Of a stretch of DNA of 64,000 nucleotides, positions 48,281 through 62,815 are shown in pieces. How positions within the stretch are numbered: the first letter of the stretch is position 1; each line of letters starts with the position of its first letter. Below the pieces are notes generated by a model, which saw only the letters and a program-made list of their open reading frames with translations, was not told where the DNA came from and did not search any database. Made by a program: the position numbers and the translations under genes. This stretch comes from Marsupella aquatica (lineage: Eukaryota > Plantae > Marchantiophyta): positions 3,434,944 to 3,498,943 of the forward strand of contig OZ316894.1 in the NCBI GenBank assembly GCA_973895155.1. The letters are read 5' to 3'.

Positions 48281-49058
48281 AAAAATATTCATCCTAAGAT
48301 CATCCAAATCTTGACGGTCCATTCATCTCCAATTATGCCCTGAAATATAGAGAAATTAAAATCACGAATGGCATTTAGAAAACTTGGGGTTTACTTTGCT
48401 ATCCATCACATTCCAACGCATGCCATCTCATCCTCCCCCCTGAATCCCTTGTGGCCACCGAGATGGCCAACACCTATCTTATCGGCCGCTGGCCCACCTC
48501 CACTCTCCTCTACTTTGCACGAGAGGAAGTGAAGACGGCCGGAGCTCAACTACCATCACCATCGGAGGTTCATGATGCAATTTCTGCTCCCGATCCTCAA
48601 TTTCCACTTCCAATTTAATCCTCTCAGAGGTGCCCAACAAACAGACCAGTGAGATTACCGAGATTTCTAATTTCTGACAGCTGAACAGTGAGCACTGTAG
48701 TGTTTCTTTCTAGGTGTGAGCCAAATTCGCACGTATGAGACGACCTGAAGTATCGAAAGGGATAACTATTACTGTGATACGTTCATCTGGACGTCGGAAG
48801 CTGGCCAGCGAGCTGAAGAGGGCTGTTCTGTCAAGTTCGAATCATTTGTCCCCAGAAAAATGTTGTAGAAGTGAATCTGTTGGAGAAATCGAAGCAGGAT
48901 TCAATTCGAGCGAGAGCTGTCTAGAGTTGTAGAGTTGATTGATTTGGAAAAGAAAGTCGGAGGATTGAGGGTTGACAGTCTGAATTCGGCGAGACCGTTG
49001 TTAAATTGGTGGAAGAGACTGCGGAGAAAATTGTGGAGAAAGTAGTCCGGGAGTTTCA

Positions 49059-51144
49059 ATGGCGCAAGCTGTGCTGCAGAGCAGTACCAATGTGATGGCA
49101 TACAAGGGAGTAGGTCATCGATTGACAATTCAGTCAGGAGAGGGAGCAAGAGGAGTTACTGCTCGGGGAATCTCGGGAGGATTGCCGTTGCTACTCCCTA
49201 ACTTGAAGATTGTTCAGAGCAGGAAGTTTGGGATCAGAACAAGGACCAGTGTGCGGCAGCAATCCAAACGGTCAGGTTCTCAAGGTGCTGTTGGAGTCCG
49301 GTGCTCCTTGAATGAGGCTCCAACCACGTCGGGTCCAACTGTGTACCAAGGGATCTACGGTCCTTGGTCCGTCGAAGCTGAGGATGTCCGTGAGGTAGTT
49401 CACTCCATTCCTCAAATTCCATGGTATCTCAGGGTTTAGTGTCTCTGGGGGTTGGTATTGAATTGTGTCGTAGCTAGATGGGGATTAAGAAAACGCATCT
49501 TGTGACTGGATAAAGATTAGTCCCTCCCCATCCTACTACTAGTATATCACATATAAAATAAATCTGCTGAAAGAAATGTTGAACGCTCTGGCAAGAACGC
49601 TATGTCAGTGCACATTACATTCTTGTTTGTAAGCCTAGAGAGACGTGATATGAAGGCCTGGATGGAGGATAACTTGGGCTTATCATAAAGTCAATAAAGG
49701 AGTCTGAATTGTTATCTCGAGGCCCTGTGGTTCTGTAGCCTTTATACTGAGGGGTTTGTCCTTACGCTCCGTGTGTGTGAACAGGTTATATTGTATCGAG
49801 CTGGATTGGTCACATCTGCTGCAGCTTTCGTCATTGCGGCGTCTTCAGCGTTTATGCCAAATGATGTCGCTCTGAAGTCCTTTCTTCAAGGATGCTATGA
49901 TCCTCTTTATGCTCTGGGAGCCGGGGCCTTAGGGTTATCCTTGGTACTGATTCACATCTATGTGACCCCAATCAAGAGAACTCTACAATTACTCTGGGCC
50001 GTTGGGGTACTTGGATCAGTTGCTTTAGCCGTCAATTTCGCTGGACCAGCGGACAAAGGACTTGTTGAGTTTGTACTAGACAACCCAGCTGGAGTTTGGG
50101 CCGTTGGCCCATTGTTTGCTGCTTTGACGGGCCTCGCCTTCAAGGAGGGTAAGGTCATCAGTCGAATTCTCAGAGTTGAATCTTGATTCTGAGTGAAGCA
50201 TTTGACAAACCTGATTTTTTGCTGCATATAAATTATAGTGGCATGAAGTGTGACGCCTTGCTGCTGTACCATGTGTAAATTATCTCATGTATTAGTGCTC
50301 TAGGACAGCTTTCGACGAATTTGGTGCTTTCTGGAGTGATCCGTTAAGATGTTAAATCTTTTGACGATTTTGTTTAAGGTTCGCTTAACGGGAATGGCTG
50401 CCAAGATTTTCCATTTCTGTTGGGCGTCTAAATGACTGAAAAGGGTCGAGAAGTTTCTGTCAACATATTCTATTATTCCCGTGCTACTCTGCTGATCATT
50501 AAGCAATGGCGCTTCTAGCTGTGCAGGTTTGTGCTATGGCAAGTTGGAAGCTGCAGGCCTTTTCTTTGTGATCCCCAGTCTTCTCCTAGGTCATCTGGTA
50601 AGATCTTGACGTGAAAACTGCCTGTGTTTGGAATTGTCGCTCGGCTGAAGGTTGTAGTTTGATCCCATTAATTACTTGCTTTAACAAACTATTTGATCTT
50701 ACATATCGTTTACACTTATTTGTCATTGCTTTTTGGGTGGCCCGTGCAGTCTGGAATTATGGATGACAATACCAAACTAGGCTTTCTAGCTGCTTGGATG
50801 GCCCTCATTACTTTGTTCGCTTCCAGAAAATTCACTCAACCTATCAAGGTGACACTTTTGGGTTTGGCTGATGACAATAACTTGCTTTCCATTGAAATAT
50901 TCTCATGCAGCCCCTCTTGCAGCAACCGCTTGTGTGTCCCTTGTCGTTTTTCCTTGCGAAGCTATTCTCACATTTAAAGTCCCATGTCTTTCTAATGACC
51001 CTCTAAATCACCATCTACTTTTGAATGTTATGGCAGGATGACATTGGTGACAAGTCGGTATTTATATTCCAAGGCCTTCCTGACGAAGAAAAGCAGAAGC
51101 TTGCAATGAAGCTTCAAGAACAATATGGCAAGGAATCCAACTAA
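49059..51144 (+). CDS. DUF2301 integral membrane protein, probably plastid-targeted, 5 exons
   Basis: Exons 49059-49394, 49785-50148, 50527-50597, 50750-50848, 51037-51144; phases consistent. Motifs VYQGIYGPWSV, VILYRAGL, LIHIYVTPIKR, GPLFAALTGLAFKEGLCYGKLEA, RKFTQPIKDDIGDKSVF. Confidence 0.92.
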
Positions 51145-53458
51145 ACTTAGCCCCGTGAACCACAGTGCTATTGAGCATCGCCACGAGTAGGCACTGAAGT
51201 CCTAAGTACTCAGAAAAGCCTTTCGCCGCTCCGAGTTTCGCTTGTAATGCTCTGAATTTGCTTACGTGCGTAGAGTATTCCGTTTTTGTATCATTAATGT
51301 ATTCTGAAGAAGAATCCATGTTTAGGAGTGTTCAGTACATATTTTCGGAGAATCTGGGTCTTCAACATGAACTTTCGACACTGGGTAGTCGGTTGTAGAA
51401 ATTAGCCTTGTCGAATGTATTGTTAATATTGGAGAGTTTCAGCTCAAAATTACACCTTTGACCGTATCAATGGCTTTACAAGAAAGTGGAATCTCTCATT
51501 GAAAGTATTCATTCCCCGAAAGAATAGATTCAAAGGGCCTAGAATCGAAGGGATTCATATTAGTGTTACTTTCGCCTTTTAAGGATCTGATAGCTGCTCT
51601 CTAAAACTGAGTACCGTTTTAAGGGCACCAACGTCACAATTACGAAGGGATCCCTGATTGAAATGTTACTTCCTTGCACTTCTGCTTCATATGAAAAGAA
51701 TGATCTCTTATCACTGAAAGTTCACCTGGACTTTGAGCCTCCTGGCACAGCCTCTCGTTCTGTCAGATGGCGGCCATTCTCGACGGGTATACCCATGACC
51801 ATGACCCTTATTGCAAAGTAGATTGTAAATTGGCAAATATATCACAGAATTGGCGCTTCGCAGCCTCTGGTCAAACTTTGAATGCACGATTTTGAAATGC
51901 GAAACCGAAGAAAATTATCAATTTGGAAGCTCTGAAGAGTCAGTCTACTCAAATACAGAGACTTAGAGAATAGATCAATTGAATCGGGAGATATTCATCG
52001 TAGATAGTGAAAGCCACGAAGCCCCAGGTTGGGAAAGGCAATCATCATCCACAGCGGTACCAGGCAGATGTCTACTGCATTAATTTTACAATCAAAATTA
52101 TACTTTTATGTAACAAACAAACAATTCCGGAGATATTCGAAAGTTTGACAGAAGCCTTCGACTAGCAGCCAACGTCACACCTCCACCCAAACTGGCACCG
52201 CATCCCATCCTAAACTTGCAATGAGAATCGGTCATGTGTATCTGCTGGGAATGCCCAACGTTGCGTCAAAGTCAAAATTTGTTTCGATTGTTGTAAAAGT
52301 CGTTCAGTAAAGGACGATCTTAATTTATAGCTCGCAGAGAATGAAAGAGCTGCAGCTCGAGCAAAGAGAGGAACCTCTCGAGATGCTATACGACATTCTA
52401 TGTCAAGTCTGCTGAGTCTGCACTTGAGTCTTTGCCAGAACATTTTCCACACGGAGGACAATGGATAATTTGATGGCTATCGATATCCAGGTATCTTGAT
52501 GAGCGATCAACAAGGTGTCAATTGAAGATCTCCAGCTCTTCTTCAATGTACATGGTTGTGTTATTAGCAAGCGTCAATTAGAATGTGACGCTGGAGTCTA
52601 TGGCACCTTTTAGCTACTCCATATATCCATTCCCAATTTACATCCCCCAGAGAAGTAATCCCGTGACAATCAATTGCACTACGAGTCAACCAACCCAGAT
52701 GACAGAACAGGTTTGGTCAGACATCTTAAGGCTCCATTGCTGACGGTAGCAAATTTCTGAAACAGGACTGATGCAGAATGAAGCAGCTTGGGGAAATGGT
52801 GATAGCAAGCTGGAGCAAACACCTGGTGTTTTTGTCATATGTTCTCTTTACAGATTCACGTTCAGCCCACTTGGGCAGAGCAGTGTATGGTAATGTTATT
52901 GCAGTGTACCCGGTGCAAATGCGCGCTTTGCGAATGCATCACTAACTACATTCGAATCAAATCTGTTCCTCAGAAGTCGGGGAAGAGAAAAAGTCCGTAC
53001 AGCTAACCAAGGCCCCACGAAAACATGCCGTCTTCGTTTTGGTTGTAATGGAATGATGAGCTAAAATAACACATGTCAGCACAATAGAAACATGCTACGG
53101 TGAGAGGCTATGTAGATGCTTGAGAATATAAATGATCAGAGTAATCTACACCGCAACTCATAAACATTGCCATGGAAATTCTATTAATCAGGATAAATGT
53201 CAAACAAATGCCAGGTACAGTAGCACCTTGTGTTCTTCTAATCAACACTACAAATCTCTCCTACTATTGCTTACAGGGAGAACTCTGCTACATGTGTAGA
53301 AAAGAAGCCCGCACAAGCAAAAAACTCCTCCCAACATCCAGCATGTCTCTAAAAAATGAAATGGTGCAACTGTCATTACATTCGGAATCCACAATGTGCC
53401 TCAATAGATATTGGATCTCAGCAGAAGGACAATCTATCATTTGGTCTGAAATGGGATA

Positions 53459-55123
53459 TCAGAGCTTAGTAAATGCACTCGCTGTCAAGGATGAAAAGTC
53501 ATAACTATGCCCAGGAGTGGTCAATGATGGTGATACCGTTGGGTTACTAGGTATATGGGTTTCTGGAGTCTTGGGATCATTAGAAACCAAGCCAGCCCCT
53601 TGTGGCCATCCCCTTCCTTGTGTCCCATAGGAAGGTGTAAGAGGAATAGGGGAATTGTATAGAGTGGCACCGCTGGCATGCCCTTGCGCACTCAAAGGCA
53701 CAGGACCATTTGGAAATGATAACCCTCTATTAGGAAAGCCTGCCGGATTGAGAATGCCTCCAGGCACAGGGACACCAACTAGCCAGACTTGTCCGTCCTT
53801 TGATATTATTTGTTGCTGATGTCCCTGAAACTGCAACCCTTGCATACCTGCCACTCCAGGAACAGCACCAATAAACTGGGCCTGCTGAGGTACCATACCT
53901 TGTGCTACGCTGCTTGGAGACTCAAATAGGCTGAGAATGCTCTTCACATCAGATTGGGGAGCTGATTTTCCCTGCAAACCTTTAGACGAATCAGATTGCA
54001 CAGCTGGTTTTTGGGTAACCTCTAATGGACGAGTGAATAAATCCTCCAGACCATCTGTGACGCTGTTTCTCACTGGTGCCGTACCACTAGATTCAGCTTT
54101 CTCACCAGATCTGACTGATGATTCAGTGTTTGGGGGTGTCACCTTCCCAGAAGCAGTAGACGGTGATGGTGTCACCTTGTCAGCAGCTGTAGATGGTGTT
54201 GGTTCGGCAGACTGAAAATTTGCCCATGAAACATCTTCCCCGGACTTGTTAGCCCCAGAAGAATTTGAGTTCTCATCGGAGATATTAAGACCAGCGAAAA
54301 GATCAATTTCCGCTTCCTTTGTGGGTGGAGGTCGAGAAGCAGTAGCAGACTTCAGAATTGCTGGATCATCTGGACTCAAACGTAGGGCAGGCACCAGAGG
54401 ATTGCTCCAATCCTTACCTGATGGTTGACCAACAGCGGCCGCAGGAGGCGACGCCTTAGGGTTAACAGACACGACACCATTCAAAGGCACCGGTCGAGGC
54501 AGAGAGGAGGTCCCATCACTCTTCGTTGAAGAATGAGCTGCTCTGCCTCTATGCCCATCAGATTTTCCTCCACCGTCCTTGGCAGAGCTCCTGTGGTGCT
54601 CAATTTCAGCTTTCCCATCCCTGTCACCGTCACCAGATCTCCTTGCGATCCCTTCTCTGGAACCAGATCTTTCCGCTCTCGATCTGCCCTTGTCTCCCTG
54701 TGGTTGTTGATCTCGTTCCACCCATCGCTTCTCCTCATACTTGGCGTGAATGAACGCCTCTAGGGCAGGCCGATTGGTCTCGCTGGGTCGTCTGAAATTT
54801 TGGGGCAGATCGGCCTCCCAGTATTGATTCGCCTTCACGTTCCCTGTGCTTTGCATAAAAGCGACCTGCTCAGGAAGCCATGTATCCAAAGTTACCGATC
54901 TTACCTTAGAGATGTGCACCCCGAGACTCCGATGGATTCCAGAGCACTGGATGCAGATGAAAATTCCCAAATTCACGCTCGCCCACCGGGGTCCTTTGCT
55001 GAGGCAATCGGCACACTCCTTGTTGTCCGGCAGCTTCATGAGGGATTCCAGAACCTTCCTGTGCTTGTCATTCTGCTCCTTCGTCACAGATGCCTTTTCG
55101 TTCGACACCATGCTTACCACCAT
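53459..55123 (-). CDS. ADP-ribosylation factor GTPase-activating protein, SMAP/AGD5(NEV)-like, uninterrupted CDS
   Basis: [71 protein letters not shown]; DLF motifs; C-terminal [11 protein letters not shown]. Start at ATG 55123 or 55111; upstream splice acceptor TTTCAG at about 55208. Confidence 0.93.
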   Translation of the reverse strand: MVVSMVSNEKASVTKEQNDKHRKVLESLMKLPDNKECADCLSKGPRWASVNLGIFICIQCSGIHRSLGVHISKVRSVTLDTWLPEQVAFMQSTGNVKANQYWEADLPQNFRRPSETNRPALEAFIHAKYEEKRWVERDQQPQGDKGRSRAERSGSREGIARRSGDGDRDGKAEIEHHRSSAKDGGGKSDGHRGRAAHSSTKSDGTSSLPRPVPLNGVVSVNPKASPPAAAVGQPSGKDWSNPLVPALRLSPDDPAILKSATASRPPPTKEAEIDLFAGLNISDENSNSSGANKSGEDVSWANFQSAEPTPSTAADKVTPSPSTASGKVTPPNTESSVRSGEKAESSGTAPVRNSVTDGLEDLFTRPLEVTQKPAVQSDSSKGLQGKSAPQSDVKSILSLFESPSSVAQGMVPQQAQFIGAVPGVAGMQGLQFQGHQQQIISKDGQVWLVGVPVPGGILNPAGFPNRGLSFPNGPVPLSAQGHASGATLYNSPIPLTPSYGTQGRGWPQGAGLVSNDPKTPETHIPSNPTVSPSLTTPGHSYDFSSLTASAFTKL

Positions 55124-55532
55124 CGCCTTTCTTGAAGCCTCCACCGAATCCGTGCGTTTGTGTTTCGTCCAGAAGCTCTCGCCCGTTGCTGGGCCGCCGG
55201 CATACACCTGAAATCGGGAACGATCCGCAATACGTGTTTCTCAAATGCTCAGAGCAAACGCGACGGTGGCCCCAAAGACCTCCTCCAAGAAAACATTGTG
55301 CGATCGACGAGATTAACAAAACGGCAGGATTTGATGTACAACAAAGAGACAAATAGTCAGAGAGCCCAAAAAGACATTACTGTGGTACGGCCATGTACTG
55401 CAGTTGTGGTAAACTGTAGTCCCGGCATACCTTCATTAACGAGGTTGCACACGTGTTCCGCACAGTATCTGCCCACCGAGCAAGAGGAGGCCTTAGAGAG
55501 CCCCAAAACCTTCTTTTATTAGGAGACACACC

Positions 55533-55703
55533 CAGTGTTTTTTCTAGTGGCAAAAATTAGCTAGATTTCACCTCCCCAAAAATACTTCGCCACTTTTGGC
55601 TAAAATTCTCTACTATTTTGCTGGCTCATTAGCCAGTGTTTCACCTAATCCCAGGCCCCACTAGCCAGAATCTAATGGTCAGCATTAAATCTAGGGAGAT
55701 CTG
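55533..55703 (+). repeat. Dispersed repeat / decayed MITE (CAG..CTG ends), related to 20359-20518
   Basis: Shared blocks with the 20.4 kb copy; no convincing TSD. Confidence 0.55.
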
Positions 55704-58700
55704 ACAGTCAGGAAAATAATTGAATAGTGAATCTTCTGAGCATCTTCTTTTTCACACACTTTACATTGGCAGTCTGGCTAAAAAATGAAATCCTTAAAAA
55801 ATAGGCTGGACACACCTGATTAGAGCATCTGCAGCAGTTATGTGCCCTATACTGGTTATACTCTTCATTAGAGCATCTCCAGCGGTTATAGGGCTTTAGG
55901 CTGCTACCGCTAATGTTTGCCAACTAATTTAGGGACCCCAAAATAGCCGGCTCGCATCCTTTCTCATGTATTACTACTGGCATGACAAAAGAACAGTAAA
56001 ATGTGGGATCACACACATTTTCATCAGTAGTTGGTTGCATGAGTTTAGGTGTGAGTTCAATTTTCCCGCGGCAGTTTGAGTCTCACCGCGAGTGACACAT
56101 TGTGGCTGGAAGTCCATCGATCAATGTGGGGGAGCATTTTGCGGCTACCTAGGGCAACTGCCAATGCTGCCAAATGTTGAGGCTGCCTATAATTCATCCA
56201 TTTGGAAATCTGGAGTGATAGTGGGGAGCTTTGCCTGGACAAACAGGCAGCAAAGGGAGAAAATGGAGGTTACCAACCTTTTCCAGCTATCCCTAGAGAT
56301 GCATTTAGGGGCTTATGCATCTCTTCTTTTCTGTGACACAGAAACCATTTCATTTGCAGTATATTTGTGTGGTACTTGGCCTGCCCACATAAAGACTGCC
56401 CAAATCTTTTGACCCCCAATCTCCTACATCATTGGAGTTGACACTCAAGGAGCTAACCTGCCATTTCCATGACCCCCCTGCTTGCCCTCACTCATCCTAG
56501 AGGCTACAAGAACTCTCAAAACCAACAGGGGAACCCTGTTAGGCATTTACTCTTGGTCTAGGGTTACAACTGTACCATAGTTAGGGCCAACCTTAGTCGC
56601 AGACTTGGTTAGGTTAGTTATGTTACACATTATATCCAAAGCAGTGATTGCTTGGGTATGAGGAACTAGCATATTTGGTCAGGTGTCTACTTGATGTAAA
56701 TATTTCTTCTCTTTTCATTTATGGAAATGTTTTTTAGGTTCATCTTTAATTTATGCTTTAGATCAAAATCCCACCCAAAGTAAGGAATAAGCAAAACTAT
56801 AATTGTAAGTAACAAGGAGTTGGGACTTCCCCAAAGCATAAACAACAGAAAGTTGAGGTTAGAAAGTATAACTGAATGGTTGCACAACAAGTTAAGATTT
56901 GAGTCTACATAACACCTCAATGAGATACACACTTAGTGGAACACCAGTGGAGATCCCCAACTTAGGTGACCCAGCAAGTCCAGATTTTTCAGCAAGACCC
57001 CAATAGCATCCTTTGGCTAAGTTTTCTCAAGGCAAGTGTATATGATACTTTCATTAATGGCATTTTCAAAGTAAATGTGGGTGGCACTAAGGGAGGCCCC
57101 TATACCAGCCTGGGGAGGATTGGAATTCTCAACACACTAAGGGACTCGGATGAAGTGAATGGTGCTATATGTGCCACAAGGCCCAGGGAGGAAAGAAACC
57201 TACATTTGTGGGAAAAAACATGTTTTCAAACCATCTCTTGATAGTTGTATGCTCTGAATGTGCTCCAAGTTCTCAGTTAGACTCAGCTTCTCAAATTTTT
57301 AATGTTCACACCAATCTCTCTCCCCGCCCCTGGTCCGTGCAGCAGGTAGATTCCTCTCCCCTCTAGTTGACTTGACCGGCCCTGGGCCCATGCAGAGCTA
57401 GGTACCGTGACTTTGTAAATCCTAACCCTGTCATTACTGGCCATACAATGCACACAACTTGGATTGGGTCCCACTAGAGGGGCTTTAGAAGAATGAGGGG
57501 ACAACAACTGACTAGTGACTTCCAAGATTTTGCTTTTAGATGTGATCTCAACCATTCATATCAAGGGACCACACCATTTTGGCTTCACATGAACAAGCAA
57601 TATCCCAATCCTAATTAGACTAGAGTGGGTCCCTCAAAAGGCTTATGTAGACAGTTTAGTTCTGGCCAAAGTTTAGACTACTCTATCGCTTGAGGTGGTA
57701 TTTTGAAAGGACCCTTAGAGTCTCATTTTGTCACTGTGTATCTTTTGTATTATTGGAATTTGAAATTTCTGTTGCCCCCTCTTAATATTTTTAATTTCTA
57801 GACCCCCTTCCCCCTTCTTTAGCTCTAAATTTTCTTTTCAATCTTGCCTATCGTTTGTTATAAGATGCTGTTTTAATTCTAATATTCAAGTTAGAGTGTG
57901 AGAAATCCAAAGAGTGAGAAATCCAACTCTCCAAGACAATGCCGAGCCCTCTCCTTTAAATTACAAAAGCTCACAGTTTTGTTTCATAAGTATAAATTAT
58001 GGTTTCCAGTGACTTACGTGTCCCACTAAAGTCATTATGATATAAACATAAAAGGTTGACCATTTTTTTGAAAGTGATCAGAATATTTAAAAAGCTAATC
58101 AGTAGTCTACTAGAACAATGACATGTGGGGCAATAGAGGGGCCAACTCTTTGTAAGGCCATAAACAGTGAAGAGAAGGCCCAAGTATCAAGTCACCCGAA
58201 AACTATTTATTCTGGCTTAAAAGCTTGTTCGTAAAAAATTCGCCCAAATTCTAAAAAACTCGAAAAAGTGATAATTAATTATTATTCTTGACATACATAG
58301 GAATCTTTAGGACACAAGACAAACTGCTTTATTTTCGTTTGGGGAAGACTCTCTCCTTTAGTTATCTTAAAGAAACTTGTTTTGCTAGTTTATCTACAGT
58401 AGATATGATACTCTTGAGAGGCTTTTTAATACCATTTGGGGAAGGTTGCTTAACGTTGGAGCAACCTTATCAGAAACACATTGATTATTTCTTAAAATTA
58501 AAATTGGAAAATGTATTGGGAAGATAATTATAAACATCAGGTAGTGAAGGGAAGACTCATCAACCACCAACTTCATTAAACCATGGAGAGATAATGCCAT
58601 ACCAGACACCATTCGTTAAAAAACTTACATGAGTCCCAAAGTAAAATCAGAACTTAGGGGAAATGACTTGGCAAGTATGGAGACAACACATAATATATAT

Positions 58701-61700
58701 AAGTTTTTGGAGTTTTCTTATAGCAGTGAATTTGGGCATTGGCCTTTTGTGTTAATCGTCAGGTATATTTTTCCATCAAATCCATCCTTGGTCATATGAG
58801 GTGGATTTCACTTTCTCTTATTAAGGTTTATGTATTTTAACTGTGAAGAAATTGGTACAAACTGTCTACTAGACCTATCCACAAAGGTTGTGACTGTTTT
58901 AGTGCAATTTTTACAGAGACTTTTCAACAAAGCTTGCTTAGCCCGGCACAACTGGTGGCTCTTTATTGACAAAAAGTGGCACTACTTGATAAAATCAGCC
59001 AGAAAGGAAATATTTGCATTAAACCTGTTTTGCAACCACAAGCACCAATAGATACTAGCGTCATAAGTTTAAGGATAGATTTATTCTAACAAGGAAATTT
59101 TCTACTGTGACAACTGAAACGGGGTTTCCCAGAAAAACATCAGGAGCGACCTTTTCGGCAATCCAGATTGAACTGTTCTTCCTACTTTTCCTTTGTAGCT
59201 CGTGCAGTAATTCTTGAGCCAAAGCAAATGGGTATTCTCCTTCTCCACTACCAGCTTCGGAAAGGAAAGTCTTTGATGAGTTCATGACCTTCAGACAAAG
59301 CTCGAGATATAATGATATCAAAACCACAATCTGGAACCGTGGCAAGACTTGAAAATCGCATCCTTGGTGGAGGTGCTAGTTGATAGTCTATCCTCTGTTG
59401 GATGGGTCAGCTTTGGTATTCAAGGCAGAAAAGAGTTGAAAATCGCATCCTTGGTGGAAAGAAGAAAGGAAATGAAAGCCCATAGAAAGGACGAGGATGA
59501 AGGACTGAGTTGGAAGAAGCTCCATATATATGAACGCAAAAAAGTCGTCACACTAAAGGAACATGAATAAAATAATCATTCTTTGCTGTTCACCTGCAGA
59601 TCTAACGCGTTGCGTGATCGAGGATATGAATGCACTTTCCAGGTAAGTAAACACTCTGAATGAGGTGGAACGAACCACGTAACAGTCTGCATGAGGTGGA
59701 ACGACTCTATAACGTAGAAAGGGCAGCAATATGGATGGATTGGGGTCTCCGTGCCTCCCCTAAAAAAAGCGGAAGGGCAGGTACATTACAATCGAGACAA
59801 TGTTCAGTTTAAGGCCCACTTTTAAGAATGAGCAGCACGACCTCTCGATCAAAATCATTTGACAAAGGAAAGAGATATCTGTATGAAGACGAAAAAGCCA
59901 AGAAATTGGAAGTCCTGGATCTTGCATCAAATTTCAATTTATTACCATTCTGTGAGTCCCTCTCAATGGGAACAAAGATCTTTAATTGACTGTTCGGAAC
60001 TATCAGAGGATTTGCCGGGTCTTAATATGACATTGGATTAGACAAAGACAACAGCAGTGCGCCTTAAACTGAAGATTTCAGTCTAGACACATGCACCTGT
60101 TCTAGAAACGATACTTGACTGCCCATTCAAGTCTTGATTGAATTGTGAGATATAGCTCACAAATTCAATCAGGACAATTAGTAACATGAACTGCCTGATT
60201 GAGGCTGATTCGTCATGAACAAACATGATAGCTACTTATTTTCTGCCATCTCTCCAAGTTTAGAAATTACAGCTATGACAGCTCGTCTTCAGTTAATCTT
60301 ACTTCAGAACACTTACTTCAGAATCTTGGCGATGACACCTGTACGATGAGATGCAAGGCCATATCAGCGGGCTCGTGTAAGGAGTATTTTAGAATGGCTG
60401 TAGTAAGCCGAGCTAGCTCATAGTAAGCCGAGCTAACTCAGGAAGTCGAGGCATTCTCATCTCCGCATGTCGAAGCACAGATTCTGTACGATGCTTTCTG
60501 TGAGTAGAAGCTATACCCAGCTTGACATTTTTCATCAAGCCAAGCAACATCAACTTTCAGAGATCTGTTCGGAACTGAGAAAGTCATATCTATGACGTGA
60601 TCTGACGTTCTTGGTACTTCCGGAACTGTATTGAGTTAAACTCCATCTATCTCGAAGCATTTCCATTGACTTCAGGCCATATATAGACACCGACATCATA
60701 CATAGAGCAGGGCATCAATCTGCAATTAAAACATAAATTATGTACTTAAAGAGCGCTCAAACGGAACTACTTCTCAGTCCCGAAGAATGAATATCCACCT
60801 CCAGAGTTACCTCCATTTGTTTCATTGCTCAAGACAATTAAAATCAACAAAAGTCACTCATACAAATATGTGAAACCTGGAGGAGCATAGTGAACTTGTT
60901 GGGTGAGGAGAAAAGCATATGTCAATGAGATGTAGGAGTATATTTAGCTCTTTCTAGGTGGGAGGCATGGAAGTAAGTGGGGACGACCTTGACGTAGTTT
61001 CGAGGTTCCCTGTGGCCTGCTATAAAGTGAAGTGTGCTTAGGCAAATGTGACGCATGCCGTATCGTTTACAATGAAAACCAAATTCGGACATTCACTGTG
61101 AATTTTGGCAAGCCCTTCAAACTGAAATTAAAGTGGCCAGTAGAAGTTGTACAATAATAATGTTTGCCATTGCCGATTAATTACTGGGTCATTATCTACT
61201 CAAATAAACACTTGAAAAATACTATAGAGGGGCTTGACCTGCTGCCTCCTCTAGCTTGGCAACAAACGCCGTTGGGGTGAAACTAGACGGCTGGTTTCGA
61301 CCTGCTTGTAGAGTCCCGACAAGATTTGTTGAAGGACCTTGGGGACCACCAAGAAGCTTGAAGAATAGCTCTGCTCGCGTGGGCATCACTGCTCTATCTT
61401 CAATTCAGAAACGACGATATTCAATTCAGAAATTGACAGATGCTCTGTGGATGCTCTTTTCACCCGATGCAGTTCACTTGATGAATTCTGACTGATTGGC
61501 CTTTGTGCTTTGACTCTTTTGTAGGGTCGAGGTAATTGATTTTACTATTTTAGTGTCTCTAGACAAAAAAAATTCTCAGGGATCCGGGCTGCCTTTGTGC
61601 TTTGTTTCTTTTGTAGGGTCCAGGTAGTTGGTTTTAAGGTCTCTGGCCAAATTTCTTGGTTTTAGGGTCTCCTGGATCCTCCTATGTTGTTTAATCCTAA

Positions 61701-61744
61701 GCTCTACCAAAATTTCCAATTCTTGGTCCAATAATGTGTTAGTT

Positions 61745-61925
61745 TCTCAGTTTTTGGCTTTGTCTTTGTTCATGTGTTGTTGTGAGAGGCTCCTTGACTA
61801 TTTAGTGGGTTTTCTGTTTTTGGCTTTGTCTTTGTTCATTTGATGTTGTGAGAGGCTCCTTGACTACTTCTCTGTTTTTGGCTTTGTCTTTGTTTATTTG
61901 TTGTTGTGGGAGTCTCCTTGACTGC
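61745..61925. repeat. Tandem repeat about 60 bp x3 (GTTTTTGGCTTTGTCTTTGTT..TGTTGTGAGAGGCTCCTTGACT), partial copy at about 62078
   Basis: Direct reading. Confidence 0.85.
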
Positions 61926-62815
61926 GCAATTTTTTATATACAACAGAAAAGTGCCAAACAGAATACAAAAGAATAACCAAAAGAGGTCCCAAGTGGGCAA
62001 AACCAAATGGAAAAGAAGTGAGCGAAAGGAAACCTCTAAGAACCAAGAAAGGGGAAGTTCAACTAAAACAACCGCAAATGTTGTGAGAGTCTCCTTGACT
62101 ACGCAATGGGTTCTCCGTGTTTGTTTGTCCATGATCTTCTTGAGACCATTTCCCCCTCTTCCTCCCCCCTTTCTTGGGCCCTTGGCCATTAGGACCCTGT
62201 CTCCCTGTTTTGCCTTATTGCCTTTTTAGCAGTGTGATTAATATAGGTGAGAGCACAACTAACTTTGGAGGTGCTCTAAAACAAGCACGATTGCCAGCCC
62301 CTCGCACAGAACTGGAAGTCCCAGCCTCCACCAGATCTGAACCCTGGTTACTCTACACGTCAGTCGAAGTTACAGTCTCATCCGGTCGCTTCATTCATTC
62401 GGGATCTCCAACTGTACCGCCGCCGGTCAGCCAGTCAGATCAGATGCTCTGCGAGCTGTACAGTCCCGGTAATCTAGAGTACTGTGTACTTGGAGGCAGG
62501 ACAGCAAGGGTGATGGCAGGTCCGGGTCTGCCACCTCACGAGGTTAACCATCTCCCGGTTGTCAAGTACTTCTTTATCGGTGTTTAGACGATCCTATCCA
62601 ACGGTTTGTATGCATGCATGCGTTTATCGTCATGTCCTGTAATACCGTCCAAAATACACTACGTGTTTTTACAGTTGATTCTCCTAAGAACGTGTCTGGT
62701 TTACTTCTGTTTTATTGTGTTTTACTTATCTCAGAAGTAAAGCACTCCTTCAAGACATACAAATAATTAGGTTCGGTATATATTAGTGTTAAATTGTATA
62801 TGTCTTGGTGCAATA

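Noticed and set aside
43451-51144. DUF1350/DUF2301 pair as a recent cyanobacterial transfer or operon relic
   Set aside because: Both have transit-peptide-like N-termini and multiple introns and belong to families widespread in plants; adjacency alone is not evidence.
59000-60900. Possible degraded minus-strand gene (94-aa ORF, acceptor near 60720)
   Set aside because: Frequent stops and no recognisable domain.
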